Both the position numbers and the translations under genes were made by a program. From Perkinsus chesapeaki ATCC PRA-425 (Eukaryota; Protista; Perkinsozoa), in assembly GCA_013115145.1 (NCBI GenBank), contig JAAPAO010000018.1, forward strand, positions 62,001-126,000: 64,000 bases of DNA. Direction: 5' to 3'. The notes beneath the pieces are model-generated. The model worked only from the letters and a program-made list of their open reading frames with translations. It ran no database searches and was not told the DNA's origin. Positions 46,713 through 58,400 of this stretch are shown in pieces. The stretch's first letter is position 1. Each line of letters starts with the position of its first letter.

Positions 46713-49265
46713 CTACGCTCTAGCTGCATGCCTTGGTGGCCCTCGTGGCTTCCGAGTTGCGTGCCTTTGTGTTCCAGCTTGGAGGGTGTTGCAAAACTGC
46801 ACACCCTGTTCCTCCAGCAGTTCTCTCAGTAGCGTTTGGTCGCACACTAGAGAAGGGTCCTGAGAGCGAGTTACCATTGACCGAGACCAACATGGTTACC
46901 TGCTCCTTTAGGCGGTTTGCCAGATCAGTGATGTCGATGGTCTCAAAGAGCAGCATGCGTTGCCAGATATCAGCGTCCTTCCTGATGGCATGGACGAGAG
47001 CCTTCTTATTCGTCTTACGCTTCTCATCGGCCTCTCGCTTCTTCTCTGAGCATCCCAGCGTCCGCCCAGCCGCTTCAAACTTCGGTTACCTTCCCGGGAT
47101 TTCTTTGCCGGTGACTTCTTCTGTCTTTTCCTCTTCGGCAGTTCCGGCTCGGCCATGGAGCTCTCCGCCACCGCAGCACTTCCCTTGTCGACATACCTAT
47201 CAACATGCGTGCAGAGTAGCCTCAAGCTCCGAGTGTACTTGGCGATCTCACCGAGGGTCCTTATCATGTTCCCCCTGCTGGTGGTGCCAGCTGTGACCTT
47301 CAAGCCGAAAAACGACATCCATCGTTTCAGCTCCTCGTCCTTCAGCGTGTCCCACGCCATAGAGTCAAGGACGGACCTCCCAGCTCGGGCGTCCGCGGCA
47401 CTCTCCACCGCCGCTCGAGGCTCAGCGGAGCCCTTGGAAGAGCCAGTTTCCGGAAGGGCGCCTTGGGAGCTGCCGCCCACCATCACAGCTCCGGCGAACG
47501 CGTCATCCGACATGAAGGGATCAGACAAGCTGGCCGCCGCCGCCGTTGCCTCATCGTCGTAAGGTAGGGTAGACTCTCCAGGCGGCTCCGGCACACCGAG
47601 GCTGGCCAGTGACAGCCGAGCACGCTTCCAGCTACCGTTGGCCCATCGGCTCACATCAGAGCCTCTCCTCATGGCACCCAAAGCCTTGATGCGCTCGACA
47701 AGTGGAAGGGCGTCCAGCCAAGCGGTGTCATCCTCGCTGGGGGCATCCCCGGCACTGGAGGCCTTCGCTGGGGTGGTAGAGATGCTGCCACCGGAGAGGC
47801 ACTGGATGTCATCGTCATCATCACTGAACGCTAATGGCAGCTGGCTGGGAGGTCCTCTTGAGTGCTCATCTCCCATCATCGACAGTTCGTCCGCACTAAC
47901 TTCAATAATCGGTGAGGATGGCACGTGGTCCAAATCAATGTCCCAATCGAGCTCCTGACTGCCCTCCTGTTGAACAGTTGCCGATGTGGCCACACTACAC
48001 CGGAAGTGTGCAGGGCCCTCATTATCTGACACCATCTCATTCGGCGTCAGAGCCAGAGCCTCGGGGACCGGCTCCTCTTCATCGTCCATGAGCTCCGTCT
48101 GGTCAATGTCCTGTTGAGGCTCCACTGGCTGCTGAGGGCTCTCCTGTGGCTCACAGAAATGAGTGAGCTGCATATTCCGGGCGAGTGACGGAGACGGCTC
48201 TGCTGCCGGCGGCGGCGTGTCTTCTGCCGGCACCTTAGGCCTCGGATGCTTCTTGAAGAGCTCCTCGAGGTATCGTTTAACTGCGTCCAGCCGCACCCCC
48301 TTGGCCTTGTTGCGCTCCACACCGGCGTACAACCGACTTAGAAAATCTACGGCATTATTCGCAAAATAATGAAGGTCATCTCGGCTATCTGAAAGACAGG
48401 GCATGACCGCGCGCCACGAAATCCCGAGGCTTACAGACACGAGGGTCAAGGTACTTCGTCAGAGTGCTTTCAAGCTCGTCAGCGGTCGCGACCAACTCGG
48501 TATTCGACATAACGAAGAGTTCATCGTAATCGTCCAAGAAGCCAGGAACGGTGGGATAGTTCGACAAATACGGCCCGTGCTGGTCCAACACTCTGGGGAA
48601 GGGGCTCGGGAGGCCTTCCTGAAAGAACCGTTTTGGAGGGACCATTGTGTCCGCTTACCGGCCTCGCCGGGATTTCCAGGGATGATGCGCTCGCCTTTGA
48701 ATTCCCCTCAGCTGGCTGAGGGCAAACAATAAAGAAGGAGCGGCAAGCGGGTTGGGAGGTTACTTTGGCATTGGTCCCGAGAGCTGGTCGTTCCGAAGGT
48801 GCCAGTAGGTCATCTACACAGCAGTAGCTGATTCTGCCCATAATTCGTATCACAGCGGCCTCTCTGTCAGCATAGGGATTCGTAAAGGTCATAAGATTGG
48901 CCTCGTCATTGGCCTGGGAGATATCGACCACCTTCACCTTTGATGGCCGGGGGGATGGCGAGTCCGGGCCGCCGGGACTCAGGAGCTCCACGGGTACTTC
49001 GTGTAGGACATTGAGGAGCCTCTCTTTCTCCAACTGGAGCCTATCGAACCCCTAGACCGCGCGCCACGAAATTGGGATCCTACGTGGCTATCTTGCGGTC
49101 TGCGGTAGCAATCCTCCTTTTGATGAGCTCGACCTCCGCGACGGTCCAGGCCGCGCCGTTCTTGGGCTTGAAATACTTGGTAATATCATCCTGCTCCATG
49201 TCCAGCTCATCCAAGCATCTTGGGAGCCCCCTAGTCTTCCGTCTGGTATTCTTACGTGGAGGCAT
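46713..49265 (-). CDS. SLX4-like structure-specific endonuclease scaffold (C-terminal SAP plus SLX1-binding domain, N-terminal PIP box), multi-exon
   Basis: SAP-like WDTLKDEELKRWMSFFGLKV...RGNMIRTLGEIAKY. After 44-nt and 40-nt introns: ALVHAIRKDADIWQRMLLFETIDITDLANRLKEQ/DPSLVCDQTLLRELLEEQGVQF, matching the SLX4 C-terminal pattern. QDDITKYF near the N-terminus. Confidence 0.7.
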
Positions 49266-49421
49266 TATACGCTGACAATGGTGGGCCAATGGAACGTGTA
49301 GCCCCAACACAAGCGATGAACGGAGAATGAAAAACAACTACTCACTAATATGCAGTGGGGGGAGATAACACAATTGGAACGAAAAATTCAGAACTGGTCG
49401 GAGCTGTGGTGAAATGATCTT

Positions 49422-51899
49422 CTATTGGGGATGCGGCCCGCCGTCGGTGGGCGGTACGTCAAACTCGGCGCCGGCTTCTGAGCCGGACTCTCCAACTCTG
49501 CCCAAGCGTGCATGGTCTAGATGGTCTTTATGGAGAGAGCTGCTGCTGTGACCTGACAGGGATGACACTATGGCATAGTCCATAGATAAATCGATGCGTG
49601 TTTTAAGGAGTCAAATTTGCTATTAAAACATAACATGGCGGCTATCTTGCTGATGGAGTTCTTCATCCGTATTTCCGAACTCCACGATAAGCCCTAGGTG
49701 CCTCACCTTTGAGTAGAGCAGCGACTGGCTCTGGCCTCTCATCAATGGGTGCGCTGACAAAGCTATCACCGAGGCTCCCGCGGCCCGAGGATCCAAAAGA
49801 GCTGGCCATCGGCGGTGGGACAACGAAGGACGATTGCGAGCCGAGAGAGAATACCGAAGATTGCCGACTGATAAGAACGAAGAACCCTCCTAGGATCTGC
49901 ACGGCTGCGCCTGCTGCCTACAACTCGTAGTTCATAGGTGAGTTCGAATGTGGCCGATCAGTTGGGCTCATGTCCAAAGATCTCGCTTGGAAGTCATCGG
50001 CGTCAAGATCGCTACCTGACAAAACAGTCCTTGTGGTGTGGTCATTCTTCGTAGTGCGCAAAGATACGAGCCTTACCAACATCTATTGTAAGAGTCTCCT
50101 CATCTGCCTCGCTCGCTTGGGGTTGGTAGCTTGGCGCACGTAGGGAGGCTGAATACAACAGGCCAGTGCAATGGACGCTCGCAATCCCAGTTCAAGGCAG
50201 CCTCTAACAACAGTAATATACAATGACAGCAAGAGCAACCCCCGAAGGTACGGACGAATGACAAGGTTTCGACCTGCCTGTCAATTATCGACGAGGCAAT
50301 CAAGAAGTGCTTACATCGTGACGGCCTCTCAGTAACCGTCTCGGCGTAATCGCTGGTGGGAGAGGAAGGCTCTTCATGGGGGTAACGACCAAGATGAGGA
50401 TCAAATGCTGATGAGAACGACTACAACACTTGATGGGGGCTGGGCGAGATCACCTTCGTTGACGAACTGAGGCACCTTTTGAACCTCCGAGAGGAGCATG
50501 TCGTTGGAGAGGACATGTGGGGCGAAATGTATCCATTCCTCGTTCACTAAGGACGGTCTCCATGGGCAGGAGCAACGAACCTACGAACGACCCAGGCTCG
50601 AATCCCCCCTGCGGCATCTCTCTACCCAATGGTAGTGGTCGGCTATCAAACCAGTTGTAGGATCACGCCTGGAGTAGTGCACCACCATACCATTATATAT
50701 CTGACATTAGTCCACGTATTTCGCGGCGCGCGAGAATATCGACCACCTTAAATGTTGGTTCGTGTGGATGTACTCTTCTCCGTCGTGGCCGATTACGATG
50801 GACTTCGAACCCTTCGCTAAAGTCGGCTAGGACCAGATACCACTCTCTCGCCAGTTCGCAGATTCCTTCACCTACTTTGTCGTTTTCTCTCCACCAGAGC
50901 TCTAAACGCCTTAATAACTCCACCATGGCAGACTATAATAACACGTAGGCCAGCGCTGCCCTTCTGAAGATGCTTGATGACACTCTCGACCCTCAAACAC
51001 AGATTCGCAATACCTGCCACCACAGGAACAGTAGAACACCGCCACCACGGCGGCGGAGAAGGTGGCGCCTTACTTTCCCCTCCGCTGGGCTGGAAGTAGA
51101 AGCTGTCTCTGTCCTGGCGTTCGATCTCATCTGCATGTTCCCTTCTCCTTTCCATTTTAGACTTGTTTGCCAGCACACCACGGTCACGCTCTCTGAGGGC
51201 CACCAGAAGTTAGAACCGTTTCCCAACTTTAAGGCTCAGACGCTCGTCCCATTTCAATGGGAAAATTGTTTGCTTTGTGAGCAAATATAGGAAAAGTGGT
51301 TAGTTTCCTGGCCTGGCTGAGAAAGGAATCCAGCCGTCTGGAACCGTCGAGTTGAACTCACGGGTAGAGAGATATTAGGAATACGAAATCACGCTGGAAA
51401 GCAACTTCCATATAATCGTAAGATGCGGGCAATGCTGCCCAGTGCTCGGTGGGCCACTGAGCTCCCCTACCTTAGGAAGAACTCGGTCCTCCATTCAGCT
51501 TCTTGTATATGAAGATAAGCAGCCGTCTCCATTGCTCTGATGTATTCACTGGTCAAACATATATCAAACGCTTCACCTGACGGAGGGCCTTCACCTCCCA
51601 CGGCCAAATCGCTCCACTATCCCTCACCAACATGGTCCTTGATCCATTTTCCAGCGGCCTCAGCCTGAGCTCGACCACGGTCTGTCAGACGGTACTTGGA
51701 GTTGTGGCGTGCCCTAAACCCACTGGTCCAAGGGTTGGGAGCATCTCCTTGCTGGGCCTGACATGCCGGCTCAGAACGCTGAGATGACGCCACTCAAGAT
51801 TCCTACCATCTTCTGGGCTAGGTTGCCCTCGCTCTCACCGTGGCGGACCAGGATGAGATCAACAGGCATGTTCTTGTAGGCGAGACGCCAGGAGGCCAT
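49422..51899 (-). CDS. Histidine phosphatase (phosphoglycerate mutase family) protein, multi-exon
   Basis: DLILVRHGESEGN, YRLTDRGRAQAEAAG, SEYIRAMETA, FQPSGGES and IIVCHGGVI; Ser-rich C-terminal extension. Confidence 0.88.
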
Positions 51900-51997
51900 C
51901 AAAATGCAAGGATGATGCGGTAAAGGAGAACTAAGAGCTGCAACAAACTGCCTCCGACGATCGCAAGACAGAGTAAAAGGAAACACTGACGCACATG

Positions 51998-52926
51998 CTA
52001 CAAAGCCTGCTCTCGCAAGGCTGCACGTATGGTGTCAACATTGGACTCGAGGACCATGCCTCCCATCACGACTTCGTCCAATACGTAATTAGCCTAATTA
52101 CCGGGACACTGAGGCAGAGGCAGTAAAGAGGGCTACCTACCTTGTCGAAATGGTAAACCAAATCTAGCTCACATACACTATCGAAGCTGCTGTCTAATAC
52201 CTGAAGTCGATGGCAAGATGGTTAAGTGCAAAATGTCCATTGGCCATCTGGAGAGTAGGATAGGAATGATAACTACTGAAGCTGGCGCATGGGTTTCTTC
52301 CTGTAGGCTAGGAAGAAGGTAAACAAAATAGCAAGGCTCACAAATTTTCCGAGAAGTTCCGGAAAAGGAAGGAAAAAGCTGATTAGAAGCGATTGCCGGG
52401 TGGCTGCTGCTGCCTGCCTCTCCAAGACTCAGACCAGCAGTATCGAAACATCGAATACAGCCACATGCCATATTTTAATACTATTGGGCTGATTGTTGGT
52501 GCATTTGTTTGGACACCCTACCTGTACGAGAACCTGTATAAGATCTAGTACAGCCAGATCACTCTCGGTTTCATCGACAATAAAGGCGAAGTAAAGAGTA
52601 GCAAAGTGCCTGAGCGATACAGTTCACGAAGTCAGTGCCACAGAAGAGACACTTGTAGATAATCCTAACATTCCTTCTAGATCCTCTTCGATCGTTCACA
52701 TCTATAAGCTCAGGGAGAGCCTCGGAGACGATGCAACAGCAACTATCATCTGGTCTAAAGAAGAGGCAATTTTATGGCGCGTGACGGAGCTGACCGCCGA
52801 CCTTGCTCTGAGAATGGCATGGACTCTGTGGATGAGCGGTTGTCGAGCAGCCAAAGGAATCGCTGTGTAAAAGCGAGCCAGTCGCGTCTTGCCACCGTTG
52901 TTGAAGACTAGCGCTGCTAGAATCAT
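51998..52926 (-). CDS. AP3S: Adaptor complex small (sigma) subunit, AP-3 sigma-like
   Basis: MILAALVFNNGGKTRLARFY..., YRHFATLYFAFIVDETESDLAVLDLIQVLVQ, LDSSFDSVCELDLVYHFDK/ANYVLDEVVMGGMVLESN. Confidence 0.88.
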
Positions 52927-52967
52927 TATACAACAAAAACAGCAACAGCCCAGTGGGAGGCAGTTGA

Positions 52968-54573
52968 ACTAGGATGCCGTATAGGTTGCCTAAGAATATT
53001 AACCCCCTGGAGAGCTTCGGACGGTCTGCACTGAATCCACCCTCCCCTGTGGGATGCCAGGAGCACAATACGAGTAGATGTGAAATGTCCATCTCATTAT
53101 AGTGTACAAAATAGTTACAATAGATCCTCTTCGTCAAGTTGATCAGCAACGGTATGGCTTCCTTCAATGGACGCTAATGCCAACTCTACCTGGAAGAGGA
53201 CAAACCTGGAGTAAAGTTCGTGATGGAACACAGTGAACACTTTTAGCGTGGAGAAAGGATGCTGGAAATCATCAGTCTAGGCACAGGGGAGTTCGGTCTA
53301 GGCACATTTACCCTGAATCCTGGACCGTACGTTCTCGCATCGTCAGATGTAATATAGAAGGAGACTTGGTGGATGCAAGATGCGATAGGAGAGCATCAAA
53401 CGCGAACACAAAGGATGTTTCCTGCCACTAGGGACATATCTCTATTATATTCCAGCACTAGAGATCTCCCAAGGAACACCTTTATACCCAGATGATATCC
53501 TGCATATGCCACCGACCTGATCTCGAGCCCACTTGGCCTCCTCCTTGCTGTCCGCCTCCAGCAATGGCATCTGCCTCAACGTGGAGTCCACTCCGAGCTC
53601 ACGTAGCCGACCACCCATCGCGGACCCGCCGCTTGATTCCCCCGTCAGGAGTATCACCGCTGAGGAAGTCCATACGGTCGCCAAATAGAGCTGGTCTTAC
53701 CATACGCAAAACGGCCCAGTCTGATCTCACTGTTGACTTTGGTGTCCAATAGCACCCTAAGTTCTCGCGCTGCAGCAAGGGGAAGGTCTACACTGTCCGT
53801 AATGGTGTCCGCGGTAAACAGTGTCTCGAGTAGACGAATACAGGGCAGGTGATCGGGGCCATGGTGAAGGAAGGATGCCAGGAGGCAGTTGATAGTGGAG
53901 TCACGTAGGGGCTGAAAATGGAGGCAATACATTCCGAAGGGCCGGCAGTAGAGAGAGACGCTCCAAATCGTTCCCCGGAATTCACAAGTCCAGAACCGAG
54001 TCGTGGTTGCAGAACTCCGTGTTGCCTTCATCAATGAGTCATTTGCGCTGACAATTTCTACAAGTGATAGCTAGCACCTTCGATGGCCTGTGGACATCAG
54101 TTATCGGAGCCTCAAGAGCCGTGAATTTCGGTGCGCGTGACGCATTCGATTCCTACATCATCTATGCCATCATCTCCTTGTTTACTAATCCATTCAGTCA
54201 TCAACTCCGCTGCTGCCCTCATAACCCTCTCATCTTCACTAGGTGGCATTAACATACACTTCTCTGCCAGCAAAGGGGCAAAGACCCGACTGATAGCGGA
54301 TGGCCTGAAGGGGACAAGGACGGCAGCCATCCAACCAGCAAGTGATGTGCCCAGCACCTATCTGGCTCCTCCCGATTGCCCTCCATAGCACTAAGCACAT
54401 CCAACACCCTTAAAGTTACCCTTAATGGGAGTGCAGAGGTATTCAACAATGAGACCAGAGTATCTGAGAGAGCGGTAATAACATACTGCCGAGGTGGCTC
54501 GTTTGACCCCGCGGCCGCACATATTCCTGAACGAAGCCGTTGCCGCTGAAGAGTAACTTAGACTATGTATCAA
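52968..54573 (-). CDS. Hypothetical multi-exon protein, helical/HEAT-like segments
   Basis: Joinable fragments DTLVSLLNTSALPLRVTLRVLDVL, VFAPLLAEKC...AAELMTEWI and CIRLLETLFTAD. Boundaries approximate. Confidence 0.45.
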
Positions 54574-54727
54574 GGTGGTTGATGGAGCAATAGAAAACCA
54601 GTACTTAGAGCTGTCGTACGATATCCCCTCTCACTAACAAATTCTGGCGCGCCACGAAATTCCAGGGGTGGTGCCTCCCTAGGCCCATTTTGCACAGACT
54701 GCCCTCGGATTCTGCTGATGCTGCTGC

Positions 54728-55423
54728 TTACCCCTTCTTCTCACCTTCCAGTTTCCTGTCCCTCCTACTGTAGCACTTGAGCTTCTGCCGTACAGCAATA
54801 AGGCCCCTCTCAACCTCCCCATAGTCGCCATTTTCCATAACATTACTCACATAAACCACAGCCTCATCAAAAGAAGCTTCACGGAGCTCTAAGGCTGTAA
54901 GCGCCCGCACTGGATGGGCATCCTCTGGAGGAGCGTCCTCCATCACCATCCGCCGCCTCTGGGCCTTCAGCAACTGAACCTCCTTCCTCTGCAGTTCGAC
55001 CAGATACCGGGCCAAGCTGGTGCCGGTAAGCCCCCTATATGTCACTGCGTTCGGGTCCCTGATGCCACTCTGCGAGGCCTCTTCCAGCACAGTCTGACCG
55101 TGGACAGTGGCGGTGGGAATGCCAGGCAACACTACCTTCACTTCAGAAATCTCCTCCTGAATGTAGCTCAGATCTGAGTGGGCTTGCAGGATGTACTATT
55201 GACTATTAAAAAAACTACAAGTTAAGCGGAAGAATGATGCAAGACAGGAAGTTTTCGGAGGTAGCTTTCCACCGGTAAGATGGCAGAGGTGAATGTCACC
55301 GCGGCACTCCTCGGCTTTCCTAATTTCCAACGCGGCTGCTTCACGTGGTAGTGCCTCCTGAGGACTGCTCTGTCGAGTTCTTGCAACTAGATTGGCGGTT
55401 TTCTCCCCGGAGATTTCCATTGC
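54728..55423 (-). CDS. Hypothetical small coiled-coil protein, 2 or more exons
   Basis: MEISGEKTANL... exon plus ORF 54728-55141 (LARYLVELQRKEVQLLKAQRRR). Confidence 0.45.
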
Positions 55424-55485
55424 AGTTTTCCACATTTTAATTATACTAGCAACAAACTCCACCTCAGCAAAGGAAACAATCATTG

Positions 55486-58400
55486 TTAGGAAGTAGTACT
55501 TGCAATAGCAGCTGCGGCTGCAGGACCCGAGGGGACCTCTGCTGCGCGCTGAGGAGGAGGCGGTGACCGGAGCGGAGGCAAGTCTCTGAAGATGCTTCCC
55601 TGCAACCCACCCTCGTTCCTGGCTGGCCGGGAAGGTCTCTCGCTGCTAACAACCGCAATATCATCGTCATCGTCAATCTCCATTAGGTCCACTGATTCTG
55701 CCTTTTTCCGTGCCTCCATCGCTGCTCGGTGGTCATCCAGAGCTTTAAAAATTTGAGGGCATCTGTCCTCGAAGGATAGACTCTCATCGAAAACGTGAAC
55801 ATAGATCGACGTGTGCTTCGGCCGGTGGCAGATGTCCCCCATGACCTCATCATCCCCAATAGGCCTTGGCTCCACCGCTTGGTCGGTATTAAGAATGACC
55901 CTAAAGCACTGGGGCGGCTGGTCTATCACACTTTGCCCAAGTAAAAGCATCTTTAAGTCGTAGCCGGTGCACTCGCTACTAACTTCCTTCAAATCATCCA
56001 GCCGGCCTCCCCGCGACCTCGACGTACCATCGCCCCGCCGCACTTGCATAGCGATATCATCATAAACCATGTGGGCCTTAGCATTGCCCGAAGACGGGGG
56101 CAGCAAGCTCAGCAGTTCGCTGGTCTCCGTGGTAGAGGTACAGCAGCCCTTGTCACAGACGGGGGGGTCGAGGACGAGCTCGTTCTTGTCGCCATCTCGC
56201 CGTACCTGATCTTCCAGATGCTCCGGGGTTACTCCTGAAAAGCCACTGGCAGCCCCGAGCGGTTTTATAGATCCTCCGGCACTGTGATGATGAAGTGTGT
56301 ACACATACTGTATCTTGCATTTTGCGTTGTGTGTGTCGTATCCTTCTTCAGCGCTGCAATGACTACTTTATATTAATGTTTTTACTTGTCACAAAAACCT
56401 CTCAAACGGACCCTGTTGAGTTGTATAACCCGCAGGCACAGTGCTTAGCACAAGCTCATTTATAATCGCCATAAAGACATTATCAATTTTGTGCCACGAG
56501 CGATACAATATTTTTCGAGCTGGCATCAAATTTCCGCAAGGATATGCAGTAGATTTCCGAAACACATGACTCCTGCAAAGATTCGTTCGAGCTCACCTTG
56601 GCAAGACTCCCATCATTCGACACATACTTCTTCTCCAAATACTTTCCCACCTCCTCATCCAACACCACCACCCACTTATTTTCACAATGCCCTCTACCTC
56701 GAGGATCGAACCTCAGCAGGCCATGCTGGCAATACATCAAACTGTAATATATCTCCCTTACGGAATCTATTCGGGCCTTCTTTGGCCCGTCTTCCTTTTC
56801 CTTCTTCGCCTCGTCACCGAATTGCGACAGATACTCCCGCCAAGACGTAAACCATCTTTTAGGTAGCAAATAGGACCAGCTGCTCCCCTCCAGATCGGAC
56901 GGCAGGTCCTCCAGCGCCACCTTCCCCCCGCTCTCCAGCAACCCTTTACATTTCTCCTTTTCCTCCAAAGCGACCAGCTCCGCCTCCAGCCTCTCCTTCG
57001 TGCATTCTGGACACAGAGGCTCTGATGGCTGCACCCACCGGTCGATCTGCAACTTCGGCAGCGCGCCGGGCAATTCAACAGCGAGCTGCTCCGAGGCGTC
57101 CAGGAGCTTCTCTAAGACCTTGATTTCCCGAGACACATACTGCGATCCTTCCGCGTGGTTGGAGGTCTTCCCATGCGGACATACAAGCCCCTCGCTCAGG
57201 TCCGAGACCTCCGGAACCTCCTCCTTCGCGCCCCTGACCAAGTGATTGACCACGAACCTCCAAAAGCGCACGTTATCCCAGACGAGGTTCCCTCTCGGAG
57301 CAACTTTAAGTGATATCTTCAACCTGCTGGTAGCCGCCTTCGTCCCTCCTATCGGCACACTCGGCAACTTGGTCTTATTAATGACGGCCAGCGACGGCTT
57401 CCTCTGTCCATTCCCCTTGCCACTGCTGCTCTTCGATGGTGTTGCCAACACTACCACACATGTCTCCTCCAATTCACGCAAGCATTGCACTTTCTGATGA
57501 AGGTCCGAGCAGCACTCAAAGCAGAGGGCTTCGGATGCTGGAGTCACCGCAGCCTCGAACTCAGGCTGTAGTAGGGCAGCTGGTATCACCTTCACTGCGC
57601 CACGAAATGTCGCCAGAGGATCCACTTTGCCGTGCGAACATCCCACACCCGAACAGAGCGAGTTGCCGTTGGTTGCCTTCACAGGCGATTCGCCAACGGC
57701 CACACAGCCGGACTGCTTCTCCGACCGCGCGCCACCAAATTGTTCTTTTAATTTTTCTGCCACATCATCGCCGGCGCACCAGCTTGATACGAACTGGGAT
57801 GGAATAAAGTAAAGCGAGTCAAGAGAGGCGCCGGCCTCGCTGGACTGGCCGAGCGCAGTCAAGGTTGACATCACGGAGGTAAGTTGACTCTTCCGATTAG
57901 CCACTGCCGTCTCAACGGCTTTCGATGCCTGCTCCATGAGTTGGATTTCAGAGGTGACCTGGAGAGGTTGAAGCATGCATCTCATATTTTAAAAGATATG
58001 CTACCTTCTGGTTGATCTCATCGACCTCTTCCCTCAGCCACTTCGGTATCTCTCTTCCCTCTTGTTTAATCGCATCATCATCCATCCCCACTACATCCTC
58101 CCGTGCGTACACCAACATATATGCCGTCTTCGAAGCCCCTCTGGGAGCCTCCGGAGATGCCTCATCGATCATCCTCTCCAAACTAGCTGGCGATGACCCT
58201 CCCTTCACCGACTGCCCACTTGCCGTCGTGCAAGCGTCCTCATCTTCCCCCGGACTTTTCGTTCCCGATTTTTTCCTACTCCCTTTGCTGAGTCTTCGTC
58301 TTTTCTTAGGCGCCGATTCCTTCACCGCCCATTCGTGCGGCTCCACCCTCTCATCGTTGAACGCCATCCACCCTCCTGCAGCCTCCCCAGTCAGCAGCGT

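Noticed and set aside
53445-53790. CYTH/RNA triphosphatase (SEIRLG motif)
   Set aside because: A single short motif; the upstream exons look helical/HEAT-like and the other TTM motifs were not found.
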